Source: Sulfuricurvum sp. PC08-66 (GTDB taxonomy: Bacteria > Campylobacterota > Campylobacteria > Campylobacterales > Sulfurimonadaceae). From it: 64,000 nucleotides of DNA. Below the pieces are notes generated by a model that was not told where the DNA came from, searched no databases, and was given only the letters and a program-made list of their open reading frames with translations. The DNA is taken from contig JQIT01000002.1 of assembly GCA_000830255.1 (NCBI GenBank), positions 181,020 through 245,019 of the forward strand. Direction: 5' to 3'. Position numbers and translations under genes: made by a program. Positions 1 through 9,687 of this stretch are shown one piece after another. Within the stretch, counting starts at the first letter, position 1. Each line of letters starts with the position of its first letter.

Positions 1-10
1 AAAACACGAA

Positions 11-34
11 TCAAAAAAGATTGCTCTTTTTTGA
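11..34 (-). terminator. Possible weak intrinsic terminator after rpmG (9-bp perfect A/T-only inverted repeat CAAAAAAGA-ttgc-TCTTTTTTG)
   Basis: Read directly from the sequence. The stem is entirely A/T and a T-rich tract follows on the minus-strand transcript. It lies just downstream of the hand-called rpmG stop. Confidence 0.2.
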
Positions 35-187
35 TTACAGTTTTGCTTCTTTATGTATTGTATGCTCTTTGCAGAACTTGCAATATTTGCGCACTGCAAA
101 TTTCTCAGTGTGCGTTTTTTTGTTTTTGGTCGTGTGATAATTGCGTCTTGTGCATTTCTCACATGCCAAGTGTATATTCTCGCGCAT
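35..187 (-). CDS. rpmG: 50S ribosomal protein L33
   Basis: Not in the ORF track (under 60 aa). Hand translation of the minus strand 187->35 gives ATG...TAA, 50 aa: MRENIHLACEKCTRRNYHTTKNKKTHTEKFAVRKYCKFCKEHTIHKEAKL. It has two CxxC pairs and the TTKN / HT.HKE.KL pattern of L33. It sits immediately downstream of tuf, as in Helicobacter and Campylobacter. Confidence 0.75.
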   Translation of the reverse strand: MRENIHLACEKCTRRNYHTTKNKKTHTEKFAVRKYCKFCKEHTIHKEAKL

Positions 188-234
188 GTTAATTCCTAAA
201 TTACTTTTTTCACCCCAGAAGGGGCGACATCAAA

Positions 235-1434
235 TTATTTGATGATTTTAGAAACAACGCCAGCGCCTACTGTTCTACCGCCCTCACGAATAGCGAAACG
301 AGTTCCCTCTTCCATAGCGATAGGATTGATAAGCTCAGCATTGATTTTCACGTTGTCACCAGGCATAACCATCTCTACACCCTCTGGAAGCGTAATTGCA
401 CCTGTTACGTCCGTTGTACGAACATAGAATTGTGGGCGATAGTTAGAGAAGAATGGAGTATGACGACCACCCTCTTCTTTGCTTAGTACGTAAATTTCAG
501 CCTCAAATGTTGTGTGAGGAGTGATTGATTTTGGTTTACAAAGAACTTGACCACGCTCAACGTCCTCTTTTTTGATACCACGTAGCAATACACCACAGTT
601 ATCACCAGCTTCACCTTGATCCATCTCTTTACGAAACATCTCGATACCTGTTACCGTAGTAGTTTGTGTATCACGAACACCTACGATTTCGATTGTATCA
701 CCGATTTTTACCAAACCACGCTCGATACGACCTGTAACAACTGTTCCACGTCCTGAGATTGAGAAAACGTCCTCAACTGGCATCAAGAAATCTTTGTCAG
801 TTTCACGTTGTGGTTGTGGAATATAAGAGTCTACCGCAGCCATCAATTTTTTGATTTTTTCTGACCACTCACCTAGAGTACCAGTTTTTGCTTCTTCAAG
901 TGCACGAAGAGCAGAACCAGCTACGATAGGAGTATCATCACCTGGGAAGTCATAATTGCTTAGCAATTCACGAATTTCCATCTCTACAAGCTCCAAAAGC
1001 TCCTCATCGTCAACCATATCTTCTTTGTTCATGAAAACAACGATGTAAGGAACACCTACTTGTTTTGAGAGAAGAATATGCTCACGTGTTTGTGGCATTG
1101 GGCCATCTGCAGCAGAAACAACAAGAATAGCGCCGTCCATTTGAGCAGCACCCGTAATCATGTTTTTAACATAGTCAGCATGACCTGGACAGTCAACGTG
1201 AGCATAGTGGCGATTGTCTGTTTCGTATTCAACGTGCGATGTTGCAATAGTAATACCACGCTCGCGCTCTTCTGGTGCATTATCGATTTGATCGTAATCC
1301 ATCATTTTAGCACCATTTGTAACTGCCAAAACTGCAGTAATTGCTGCTGTCAACGTAGTCTTACCGTGGTCAACGTGACCAATTGTACCAATGTTACAAT
1401 GCGGTTTCGTACGCTCAAATTTTTCTTTTGCCAT
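235..1434 (-). CDS. tuf: Elongation factor Tu
   Basis: 399 aa, [33 protein letters not shown]..., with the [10 protein letters not shown]-loop and DCPGH motifs. Unmistakable EF-Tu. Confidence 0.98.
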   Translation of the reverse strand: MAKEKFERTKPHCNIGTIGHVDHGKTTLTAAITAVLAVTNGAKMMDYDQIDNAPEERERGITIATSHVEYETDNRHYAHVDCPGHADYVKNMITGAAQMDGAILVVSAADGPMPQTREHILLSKQVGVPYIVVFMNKEDMVDDEELLELVEMEIRELLSNYDFPGDDTPIVAGSALRALEEAKTGTLGEWSEKIKKLMAAVDSYIPQPQRETDKDFLMPVEDVFSISGRGTVVTGRIERGLVKIGDTIEIVGVRDTQTTTVTGIEMFRKEMDQGEAGDNCGVLLRGIKKEDVERGQVLCKPKSITPHTTFEAEIYVLSKEEGGRHTPFFSNYRPQFYVRTTDVTGAITLPEGVEMVMPGDNVKINAELINPIAMEEGTRFAIREGGRTVGAGVVSKIIK

Positions 1435-1519
1435 TATGTTCTCCGACTTGAAATTTAAAATATAAAGCGCATTATATCTAAAATTTGCTCAATTAAAGCT
1501 TTGAGCTCCATATTTTGCA

Positions 1520-1594
1520 TGGAGCCCAGTAGCGGAATTGAACCGCCGACCTCTTCCTTACCAAGGAAGTGCTCTGCCTCTGAGCTAACTGGGC
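1520..1594 (-). tRNA. tRNA-Thr (anticodon GGU)
   Basis: The reverse complement folds as a cloverleaf: GCCCAGT acceptor, anticodon stem CTTCC/GGAAG with loop TTGGTAA, TTCAATT T-loop, and CCA encoded. Its position matches the conserved tRNA cluster upstream of tuf. Confidence 0.85.
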
Positions 1595-1701
1595 ATGTGA
1601 TAATAGAGTGTATGCGAGTATATTTGGGTGAAGGAAGCTAGTTACATGAACGGGGGTTGCACATAATTATCAGCTTCCAGATCTTGTGCTTAATTTATTT
1701 A

Positions 1702-1778
<77 letters not shown>

Positions 1779-1780
1779 AG

Positions 1781-1867
1781 TGGTGGTGAGACTAGGATTT
1801 GAACCTAGGAACCCAGAGGGAGCAGATTTACAGTCTGCCGTCGTTGGCCACTTGACTATCTCACCAC
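1781..1867 (-). tRNA. tRNA-Tyr (anticodon GUA), long variable arm
   Basis: Reverse complement GTGGTGAGATAGTCAAGTGGCCAACGACGGCAGACTGTAAATCTGC...GGTTCAAATCC...TCACCACCA. Anticodon loop CTGTAAA. The extra arm is typical of class II tRNA-Tyr in bacteria. Confidence 0.85.
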
Positions 1868-1907
1868 AGCTAATAAATTGTTCTGGTATAACGCTGTTCT
1901 TCAAATA

Positions 1908-1984
1908 TGGTGCCGGCACGAGGATTTGAACCCCGGGCCTGCTGATTACAAATCAGCTGCTCTAGCCAACTGAGCTATGCCGGC
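1908..1984 (-). tRNA. tRNA-Thr (anticodon UGU)
   Basis: Reverse complement GCCGGCATAGCTCAGTTGGCTAGAGCAGCTGATTTGTAATCAGCAGGCCCGGGGTTCAAATCCTCGTGCCGGCACCA. Anticodon loop TTTGTAA, CCA encoded. Confidence 0.85.
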
Positions 1985-2040
1985 AAATATTTGAGTTGGA
2001 AGTATATCTTTTATGACTTTTAATGTCAATACTTTGTCTA

Positions 2041-2814
2041 TTAAAAATCTATAACGTCGCCGTCTTTTAGCAATAAGCATTTTTGTGTTGCTGTTTGCGC
2101 TTGCAACTCTTGAATGATAATCGATTCACTGTTGGGTTTAATGTGATTAACATAGATATCTATAGCTCTTTTGAGTTTTTCAAGCTCCATCGCCAATAAC
2201 TTAGGGGTCAGATGCTTACTCTCTTTAGCTAACGCTTCAAGTGCATTGTGAAATGAGCACTCAATAATTAAAGTATTAATATCCTTGCGACTGTTCAAAA
2301 GATCCCAAACTGAATAACTAATGTAAGTATCGGATGTAATTGCAATGGAACGCCCCATTTTTGTCACTACATATCCGCAACTTGGTACCGTGTGATTTGT
2401 TTTGAAAGCTTCGATATGTTCATTTTCACCTATTACATAGCGCTTGCCAATCTCTATAGGAAAGTACTCAACTGCATACATCTCACTGTTAAGTAATCGA
2501 ATGCGGCTAAAATCGGGCCAAATGAGTTCATTGAGAAAGTGTTTTTTGAGAATCAGCAGTGTTTGTGTCAAACCCGCAATACGTAGTGGACGCTTGCGCT
2601 TTTCGAAGTAAGCATCAAGCACATAAGCAATATCGACAATGTGATCCAAGTGAGAGTGCGTCAGCCATATCGTATCGATATTAGCACACTCTTCACCCAT
2701 CCCTTTTAGTAGATTGCCTGCGTCAATCAGGTGCGTTCCATTTAGCGCAAAACAGGTTGTCTCCCGATCGTGTGCTTTTGTTCCGTTTGCACCAAGAACC
2801 GTAATTTGCGCCAT
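2041..2814 (-). CDS. MBL-fold hydrolase, class II 3',5'-cyclic-nucleotide phosphodiesterase-like (PDEase_II-like)
   Basis: 257 aa with no signal peptide. LIDAGNLL precedes THSHLDHIVDIAYVLD (HxHLDH), followed by HFLNELIWPDF. That combination is characteristic of class II cAMP PDEs (yeast PDE1 / Vibrio CpdP family) as I recall the family. It lies 54 nt downstream of a class III cyclase on the same strand. Confidence 0.6.
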   Translation of the reverse strand: MAQITVLGANGTKAHDRETTCFALNGTHLIDAGNLLKGMGEECANIDTIWLTHSHLDHIVDIAYVLDAYFEKRKRPLRIAGLTQTLLILKKHFLNELIWPDFSRIRLLNSEMYAVEYFPIEIGKRYVIGENEHIEAFKTNHTVPSCGYVVTKMGRSIAITSDTYISYSVWDLLNSRKDINTLIIECSFHNALEALAKESKHLTPKLLAMELEKLKRAIDIYVNHIKPNSESIIIQELQAQTATQKCLLLKDGDVIDF

Positions 2815-2868
2815 TCCTAACTACCCTTGTTTTCTTAGTAACAGTATATCGACATTTCTGATTTTTTT

Positions 2869-4947
2869 TTATTTTGTGGTGAACTTTACTGCACCAACAG
2901 TTTCGTGATTTTTTACCTTTTGGCTATTCTCACGTGCCTTTTGAGCGAAAAGAGTGCTCACTTCATCGCCATACGTTAATGCGTGCGCTTCAAAGCGTTC
3001 TATGACTGCATCGAACTCTTGTGCTTCGTAACGTGTAAGGATTTCATGAAAAGCAACCACGCGCCCTTGATTTTCTGGAGTGTTTGCCATCAGCTCATAA
3101 AGCGTAACTGCCTCATTTTTCCCTTTGACTTGCACAGGCTCCAATCTACGGCACAAGAAACTCTCATCGAGTTGTTCTTTCGTATAGTGCGTGATAAGAA
3201 TTTTGGTATGGTAATTTTTATTGAGCCCCTCCACACGTGAAGCCAAATTGACACCATCTCCGATGACGGTATAGTTAAATCGATCATCTGAACCCATATT
3301 CCCAACAATTACCTTGGCAGTATTAAGTCCAATACCTATATCGATAATAGGCAGACCCTCTTTGACAAACTCTGTGTTGAGTTTTTTGAGGTGTTCTATC
3401 ATCTCCAATGCGGAACGGCACGCTTTTTTGGCATGTTCCGTCACATCCAACGGTGCATTGTAAAAAGCCATAATTGCATCACCAATATATTTATCCAGCA
3501 TACCCTCATTTTTTCGAACGATGTGTGCCATTGGCGTGAAGTATCGATTGAGCAATTTAACCAACTCTTCGGGTTGCATGCGCTCGGAAATAGCCGTAAA
3601 GGAGCGAATATCACTGAAAAATATCGTCATCTCTTTGTTTTCACCGCCCAATTGGAGCAATTCGGGGTGTGCTTTGAGTTTGTCCAGAAGAATCGGTGAG
3701 AGGTAACTGGAAAACGCACTTTGAATAAACTTCGCCTCTTTCTCTTGCGATGTAAAGGCTATAACCTCATTCAAGACAGCCGAAGCGATAAAAAAGAGAA
3801 GTGGATAAAAGGTCTCCCACCAAATGTTGTAACGTATGTAGAGCCACTTTGCAACAATGACAAAAACCGCGACGACAAGGATATAGACAATACCTCTGGT
3901 CAATACACGTTTTAAAAACAGCGTAGCAAAAAGTGCAAAAAAGACAAACCCTATCGATATACCATACATCACACTTGGTTGGTGAGTTATGAGGTCATTA
4001 TCCAAATAATTTGACACAAAGGTATAGTGCAATAAAGGTCCTGCAATTGCCCCTATTGGCGTTGCTCGCACATCTTCGACACCCGCTTCTGTGATACCTA
4101 AAATAATAATTTTATTTTTTATTACTTCAGGGTCAACATTACCTGCATAGAGATCATAAAAAGAGATACTTTTGTAATTTTCTCTAGGATAAAAATTGAG
4201 CCTTGTAAATCCACGTTTGTCTACCTCAATCCATCTGCTATTGAGTTCGATGTGCGTTGAATCTCCCAATTTAATATCATACTCGATAGCACGCTTGGGC
4301 TCCAAAGCTTTTTGTTGTTGCAACGAGATGCTTAATGCACGGAGACCTATGCTGGGATAGAGCGAACCTTGGAACTCAAAACCCATGGGGTAAAAACGAA
4401 AAATACTGTCGCTCTCATAAAGTGTCGAGAAAGAGGCGTGGCGCGTACAGTTTTCATACACTGCATCGATATTGGTTTCGATGTAATCAGCACTACCAAA
4501 ATCAATTTGATCCGATTTCATTGCACGCATTTCAGAATCTATCAAATCATCACGTGTGAAGAGTTGCGTAGCTTCCTGACGCAAAAAAAATCCGCAAACG
4601 CTCGTGACACCACCGATAGCCTCTCCTAATGCAAAATCCGACTCTTCGTTGGTAGCTTCAGAAAAAACCATATCAAAGAGAACTACATCTGCTTCGGCAA
4701 GCTTTTGAACACCTTGCGCCACTACTTTTCTATCCCAAGGCCATCGACCAAGTTTATTAACACTCACCTCATCGATAGCGATAAAAAGAATTTTGTCGTT
4801 GGGAGTTTTGTCGTGAAATTGGAAGTTGTAGTCATCAAAACCAAGTGAAATAGCGTAAAAAGGGGGGAGTTTATAGTGCCAAACTCCCGCCAACACACCT
4901 GTCAAAAGGAGTGTAAAAAAGAGGTGTTTAAAAAGCTTAGAATGCAT
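2869..4947 (-). CDS. CHASE2 sensor domain-containing class III adenylate/guanylate cyclase
   Basis: 692 aa. Signal/TM segment, then a CHASE2-like periplasmic region (IAIDEVSVNKLGRWPWDRKVVAQGVQKL...VVLFDMVFSE). Several TM helices follow. The C-terminal class III cyclase core has FFSDIRSFT, DKYIGDAIMAF, GIGLNTAKVIVGNMGSDDRFNYTVIGDGVNLASRVEG. The Lys before IGD suggests adenine specificity; the second specificity position is Asn. Confidence 0.85.
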   Translation of the reverse strand: MHSKLFKHLFFTLLLTGVLAGVWHYKLPPFYAISLGFDDYNFQFHDKTPNDKILFIAIDEVSVNKLGRWPWDRKVVAQGVQKLAEADVVLFDMVFSEATNEESDFALGEAIGGVTSVCGFFLRQEATQLFTRDDLIDSEMRAMKSDQIDFGSADYIETNIDAVYENCTRHASFSTLYESDSIFRFYPMGFEFQGSLYPSIGLRALSISLQQQKALEPKRAIEYDIKLGDSTHIELNSRWIEVDKRGFTRLNFYPRENYKSISFYDLYAGNVDPEVIKNKIIILGITEAGVEDVRATPIGAIAGPLLHYTFVSNYLDNDLITHQPSVMYGISIGFVFFALFATLFLKRVLTRGIVYILVVAVFVIVAKWLYIRYNIWWETFYPLLFFIASAVLNEVIAFTSQEKEAKFIQSAFSSYLSPILLDKLKAHPELLQLGGENKEMTIFFSDIRSFTAISERMQPEELVKLLNRYFTPMAHIVRKNEGMLDKYIGDAIMAFYNAPLDVTEHAKKACRSALEMIEHLKKLNTEFVKEGLPIIDIGIGLNTAKVIVGNMGSDDRFNYTVIGDGVNLASRVEGLNKNYHTKILITHYTKEQLDESFLCRRLEPVQVKGKNEAVTLYELMANTPENQGRVVAFHEILTRYEAQEFDAVIERFEAHALTYGDEVSTLFAQKARENSQKVKNHETVGAVKFTTK

Positions 4948-5749
4948 CTTTGTCTAAGCTTTTGTCATTTTCATCTTTGAAAAAACCATCCGAAAAGGCC
5001 TCATCTGCACTCATTTTTTTGCCTGTGACGCTTTTTTCCAACTCTTTGGAAATAGCATTAAACTCTGCATCGCTCATGTAGAGTTTGAATTGGGCGCTAT
5101 CTTCACTCTCCATCGTCGACTCTAAAACTTGCTTGCCGTTGAACTGCAATTTTTTGCCCGCTTTCAAATCAAAGCTAGCGGTATACTCTGCAAACTCTTT
5201 ATAGAGCTCTTTTTTGTAGGCTTCAAACTCTGCCATCACTTGGTTGGGGGTTTGTGCCATCATTTTTTTGACTTTGTCTTCATCGATTTTTTCAAAATCG
5301 CTTCCATCAGGTGAATCGACACCCACGAGTCCCTCGTTGAGCGCTAAGGATTGTGAACTATTAGCATCTGTAACGACAAACTGTGTTCCCTTGACCCCAA
5401 TAATGGCAAAAGGGGTATTGACCTTCACCCCTGTGGCGCCTTTGCGCTTGGTTATTTTGAAATAGACTTTCCCGCCGTTTTGGGTAAATTCGTCTTGAGA
5501 GAGGAGTGTGAGTTTTGCATATTCGTCCACAACGATGCTGCTTTTGTCTGCTAGCTCCACTACCACTTTGCTGCCTTGATAGGTCAACAATGTATCGCCT
5601 GCCATTACCTCTGCACCTTGTTGTATCGAGAGCTGTTTGAGCGCGTGCTCATGCTGCACTTTTGCATTGCCCTCAAGCTTTTTGACTACTCCTACAACAT
5701 TTGCTTGCGCAATCAGTATGGCAACTAACCACAATGCTACTATCTTCAT
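4937..5749 (-). CDS. FecR-domain periplasmic protein
   Basis: 270 aa. N-terminal signal peptide MKIVALWLVAILIAQA. FecR-like beta region (...GAEVMAGDTLLTYQGSKVVVELADKSSIVVDEYAKLTL...FAIIGVKGTQFVVTD). The C-terminal half is low-complexity and K/E/D-rich. Its stop overlaps the cyclase start by 11 nt. Confidence 0.55.
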   Translation of the reverse strand: MKIVALWLVAILIAQANVVGVVKKLEGNAKVQHEHALKQLSIQQGAEVMAGDTLLTYQGSKVVVELADKSSIVVDEYAKLTLLSQDEFTQNGGKVYFKITKRKGATGVKVNTPFAIIGVKGTQFVVTDANSSQSLALNEGLVGVDSPDGSDFEKIDEDKVKKMMAQTPNQVMAEFEAYKKELYKEFAEYTASFDLKAGKKLQFNGKQVLESTMESEDSAQFKLYMSDAEFNAISKELEKSVTGKKMSADEAFSDGFFKDENDKSLDKDAF

Positions 5750-5776
5750 AAGCGCTCCTGCTTTTAGAATGTAGCC

Positions 5777-5804
5777 ATTATAGCCAAAAAAAATTTACCG
5801 TTAA
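5777..5804 (-). promoter_or_regulatory. Putative sigma70-type promoter for the FecR-like/cyclase operon (TTAACG-N16-TATAAT on the minus strand)
   Basis: Read from the reverse complement: ttaacggtaaattttttttggctataat, then 24 nt with AGGAG before the ATG at 5749. Confidence 0.3.
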
Positions 5805-5828
5805 AGCTTATGAAAAAAAATGCTTAGC

Positions 5829-7757
5829 TTACGCGCCTTTGATCATTTGCGCGATTGCCGCAGGGGTAAATCCAAAGTGTTCGAAAAGTTTATTCGCAGG
5901 TGCACTAGCCCCAAAAGAGTCCATTGTGACAACCTTGTGCGCGAATCGATACCACTCCATTCCACGTGCTGCTTCGATAGCGATGGCTTGCGTAGCGGGG
6001 TCGATGATACTATCGATATAGCTTTGGTTTTGCATGACGAGCAAATCAAAACAGGGAACACTTACAACATTACACGCCATGCCTTGAGTCTCAAGGAGCT
6101 TCGCAACCTCCAAAGCCAATCCAACTTCTGAACCTGACGCCATAAGCGTAATGGTTGCATTAGCCTCTTGACGCAACAAATAGCCCCCTTTGGCTACAGA
6201 ACCTACGAGAGGAGCATTAGGGAGTTTGGGCAATTTTTGGCGAGAACAGACAAAAGCGCTTGGAGCATTTTTCATCTCTAGTGCCACTTGCCAGCACGCT
6301 ACGTTTTCATCGCCATCCGCAGGACGGAAGGTGAAAAAATTGGGCAGTGCACGAAATTGTGAGAGGTGCTCGATAGGCTGATGCGTAGGACCATCTTCAC
6401 CTACACCGATACTGTCATGTGTCCAGACAAAAAAGTGCTGAATCCCTGCAAGCGCCGCGATACGTGCACTGGGTTTGAGGTAGTCACTGAAGACAAAAAA
6501 GGTAGCCGAAAAGGGCATGAGAGGACCATAAAGCGCCATTGCATTGGTAATAGCGGCCATTGCGTGCTCACGAATACCAAAATGGATATTTTTGCCTTTG
6601 GGGAAATCACCCATGTTTGTCAGTTCAGTTTTGTTGGAGGGTCCCAAATCTGCAGAACCGCCCAAGAAGCCTGGAAGCGCCTTGGCAATGGCATTGAGAA
6701 TGATGCCATTGCTGTCACGTGTCGCTACATCTGCATCAAATTTTGGCCATTGAATTTGGCTAAAGTCTGGATGCATGAGTCGCTCCAACGCTTCGTTTTG
6801 CTCTACCAACGGCATCTCTTTGAGTCGGTGATTCCACTCACGCTCTAGCAAATCTCCCTGCTCGATAGCACAGCGAAAACGTGTCAACACATCTGGATCG
6901 ATGGCGAATGTCGCCTCTGGGTCAAATCCAGCCGCTTTTTTGGAGGCTTTTATCTCCTCTACGCCTAGCGGTGCGCCGTGTGCATGGTGAGAACCCTCCA
7001 TCGATACAGAGCCTTTTGCCATAACAGTGTTGGCAATGATAAGCGTAGGTTTATTGGAGCTTTTGCCTTGCATGATGGCATCATCGATTTGAGCGAAATT
7101 GTGTCCATCGATTTCGATGACCTCCCACGCTTGCGCCTCAAAACGTCCACGAATATTTTCGGTGAAGCTCAAGCTCGTATCGCCCTCGATAGTGATGCGA
7201 TTTGAGTCGTAAATCATAATGAGATTACTTAGTGCATGATGCCCTGCCAACGAACACGCCTCGTAGGAAATCCCCTCTTGCAAATCGCCATCGCCACACA
7301 GACAATAAACATGGTGGTCGATAAGCGCGGCATTGGGACGATTGAGCATCTCACCCACATAACGACTTGCCATTGCAAAGCCTACTGCATTGGCTACGCC
7401 CTGCCCCAAAGGTCCCGTCGTAATTTCGATACCCGCTGTATGTCCAAACTCTGGATGCCCTGGAGTCTTGGCATCGAATTGGCGAAACGCTTGCAAGTCT
7501 TCGATAGAAAGTCCATACCCCCAAAGATAGTAGAGCGAATAGATGAGTCCCGTGGCATGTCCCCCTGAAAAGACCAAACGGTCGCGGTTGAGCCATTTGG
7601 GGTTTTTGGGGTTGTGACGTAGATGTTTGCTCAACACTACAGCAATATCTGCCAAGCCCATCGGTGCACCAGGGTGTCCTGAGTTGGCGCGTTGCACCAT
7701 GTCTGCCGCCAAAAAGCGAATAGTATTGGCATCTTTTTGCAATTGTTGTACGTTCAT
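5829..7757 (-). CDS. tkt: Transketolase
   Basis: 642 aa. N-terminus ...RFLAADMVQRANSGHPGAPMGLADIAVVL... and the TPP-binding GDGDLQEG motif. Full-length transketolase. Confidence 0.95.
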   Translation of the reverse strand: MNVQQLQKDANTIRFLAADMVQRANSGHPGAPMGLADIAVVLSKHLRHNPKNPKWLNRDRLVFSGGHATGLIYSLYYLWGYGLSIEDLQAFRQFDAKTPGHPEFGHTAGIEITTGPLGQGVANAVGFAMASRYVGEMLNRPNAALIDHHVYCLCGDGDLQEGISYEACSLAGHHALSNLIMIYDSNRITIEGDTSLSFTENIRGRFEAQAWEVIEIDGHNFAQIDDAIMQGKSSNKPTLIIANTVMAKGSVSMEGSHHAHGAPLGVEEIKASKKAAGFDPEATFAIDPDVLTRFRCAIEQGDLLEREWNHRLKEMPLVEQNEALERLMHPDFSQIQWPKFDADVATRDSNGIILNAIAKALPGFLGGSADLGPSNKTELTNMGDFPKGKNIHFGIREHAMAAITNAMALYGPLMPFSATFFVFSDYLKPSARIAALAGIQHFFVWTHDSIGVGEDGPTHQPIEHLSQFRALPNFFTFRPADGDENVACWQVALEMKNAPSAFVCSRQKLPKLPNAPLVGSVAKGGYLLRQEANATITLMASGSEVGLALEVAKLLETQGMACNVVSVPCFDLLVMQNQSYIDSIIDPATQAIAIEAARGMEWYRFAHKVVTMDSFGASAPANKLFEHFGFTPAAIAQMIKGA

Positions 7758-8617
7758 GAGGGTTTCATTTCCTTGTGTCGATAGAGATAGGTGTCCAAAA
7801 GCGTTACCAATGCACGTTGCAATGGTGCCTCAAAGCTGTTTAATTGACCTCGCAACGAATCGGCCAGTTGTGTTGCCTCTTGCATCGCCCCCTCAAGGGT
7901 GAGCAGATTGACAAAACTGTTTTTGTCGCCGTCGTTTTGTGTCGTTTTACCCGCTTGCTCTGGGGTTTGTGTTTGATCCAAAATATCATCTTGGATTTGA
8001 AACAAAAGCCCCAAGTCAAGTCCAAAAGCGTACAAAGGTGCACGCAAATCCTCTCGATTGGCAATAACTGCACCCATCTCCAACGAAGCCGCAATCAGCT
8101 TAGCCGTTTTGTTGCGGTGCAGTTCACGTAGCGTCTCCAAATCGAGTCGCTTTTGCTCGAAAAAGCAATCAACCGCCTGCCCGATAATCATCCCCGACAA
8201 TCCGCCGTTGTGCGCCAAGAGTTTGACAAGCTCGATACGTGTAAAAGCACTCAACGCAAGCGTAGACAAAAGCTCAAACGCATAGGTATTGAGTGCATCC
8301 CCTACCAAAATCGCCGTCGTCTCATCATAGGTGACATGCAGTGTAGGTACACCTCGACGCAATGCGGCATTGTCCATGGCAGGCAAATCGTCATGGATGA
8401 GAGAGTAGGTGTGCAAACACTCGATGGAGAGCGCCGCACCCATTGCCGCCTCACGCAACAGCGGCGTATAGGCCTCTACCACGCTCAACAAAAGTGCAGG
8501 TCTAAAACGCTTGCCACCACACTGCATCATCGTAGCCATCGCAGTGTTGAAATGGGGATGAACGCTCTCTACGTGTGGGAGGTGGTGGTGTAAAAAAAGC
8601 TCAAATTTCTCTATCAT
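7754..8617 (-). CDS. ispA: Polyprenyl synthetase (farnesyl diphosphate synthase)
   Basis: 287 aa. First DDxxD-type motif LIHDDLPAMDNAALRRG and second FQIQDDILD. Overlaps tkt by 4 nt. Confidence 0.85.
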   Translation of the reverse strand: MIEKFELFLHHHLPHVESVHPHFNTAMATMMQCGGKRFRPALLLSVVEAYTPLLREAAMGAALSIECLHTYSLIHDDLPAMDNAALRRGVPTLHVTYDETTAILVGDALNTYAFELLSTLALSAFTRIELVKLLAHNGGLSGMIIGQAVDCFFEQKRLDLETLRELHRNKTAKLIAASLEMGAVIANREDLRAPLYAFGLDLGLLFQIQDDILDQTQTPEQAGKTTQNDGDKNSFVNLLTLEGAMQEATQLADSLRGQLNSFEAPLQRALVTLLDTYLYRHKEMKPS

Positions 8618-9615
8618 CTATGACTCTTTGTATGCAAATAATTACGCGGAACATAGACCAAAAACTGCAATCCCTCGCGCTCGATAAGCATCGATAGCGA
8701 CTCTTCTATTGGCACATTCAGGGCTTTACGCACATCCCTATCGGTAGTGACAACTACACCATTGAGTGCGACTAGCTTGTCTGTGGGTTTGAGACCCAAC
8801 TGTGCAATCGTTGTGCCCTCTTTGACCTCAACAATTTTGAGGTTTTTGTCCCAAAGTGCACCAAAATGCTCCAAATAGGTGTGCGCCAAAATGCCCCCAC
8901 CCAAAAAGGGAAGCGTATACGCCGTAAATCCTATCAATGTGCCCTCACGTAACACACGAAAATAGTGTTTTGTCCCAATTGTACTCTCTCCAATGGCATT
9001 ATTGAATTGGTGTATCGACTCTTTCTTGGCATCGTGATAGAGGATGACATCCCCTACGGCAAAAGGGTTGTGCGCGAAAAAGGGATTTACACTCTCTACG
9101 CGCATACCCATTGTGGAGGGCTCTAGCGTCATACCAATATCCCTGTAGCTATCACGATGTGCCAAAAAATCGAGTAGATAATGCGAGGTAATAATTCCCT
9201 CACCCACGACAAACCCTCGTAGCGTACCACACGCACCCATGAGTGGCGTACCCCACGCAATTTTTTTGTCAATTTTGCCCAATGCTATCACACTATTTTG
9301 CTCCTGCAAAACAGTCACAGGGATAATCGAGGTAGGAGTTATTGCCGCAACACTTTTGGGTGTTTTATCGACAATCTTGAGCACTTTTTTGGGGACTTTG
9401 TGCTCTATGAGATAGAGTCCCATCGAGACATTAGCGTAGCGAATCGTCACATTTTTGGGTTTTGTAGGAGAGAGCACAAGCCACCCTTGTGCAGTTGCGT
9501 AGGCGGTATGCCCTGCGATGGTTTGCGTCGAAGCAATAAGATTTTTTTGGGCTTGCGCAAAAGGGGAGGCAAAAGCAATAGAGAGCATTGACAAAAGAAG
9601 GAAAAGATGTCGCAT
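8614..9615 (-). CDS. Periplasmic protein with C-terminal PDZ-like domain (hypothetical)
   Basis: 333 aa. Signal peptide MRHLFLLLSMLSIAFASPFAQA. C-terminal PDZ-like segment ...IAQLGLKPTDKLVALNGVVVTTDRDVRKAL.... No further family assignment is possible by eye. Confidence 0.45.
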   Translation of the reverse strand: MRHLFLLLSMLSIAFASPFAQAQKNLIASTQTIAGHTAYATAQGWLVLSPTKPKNVTIRYANVSMGLYLIEHKVPKKVLKIVDKTPKSVAAITPTSIIPVTVLQEQNSVIALGKIDKKIAWGTPLMGACGTLRGFVVGEGIITSHYLLDFLAHRDSYRDIGMTLEPSTMGMRVESVNPFFAHNPFAVGDVILYHDAKKESIHQFNNAIGESTIGTKHYFRVLREGTLIGFTAYTLPFLGGGILAHTYLEHFGALWDKNLKIVEVKEGTTIAQLGLKPTDKLVALNGVVVTTDRDVRKALNVPIEESLSMLIEREGLQFLVYVPRNYLHTKSHR

Positions 9616-9687
9616 TACGCTTTTCCAAAGTGGTTTTGCACGCCCAAAACGCTATTTGTCTCCTCAAAATTGCGACATTCAAACATC

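Noticed and set aside
239-1458. Plus-strand ORFs of 62 aa (239-427) and 126 aa (1078-1458) inside tuf
   Set aside because: They are antisense to a highly conserved EF-Tu gene and their composition is low-complexity and Cys-rich. They are frame artefacts.
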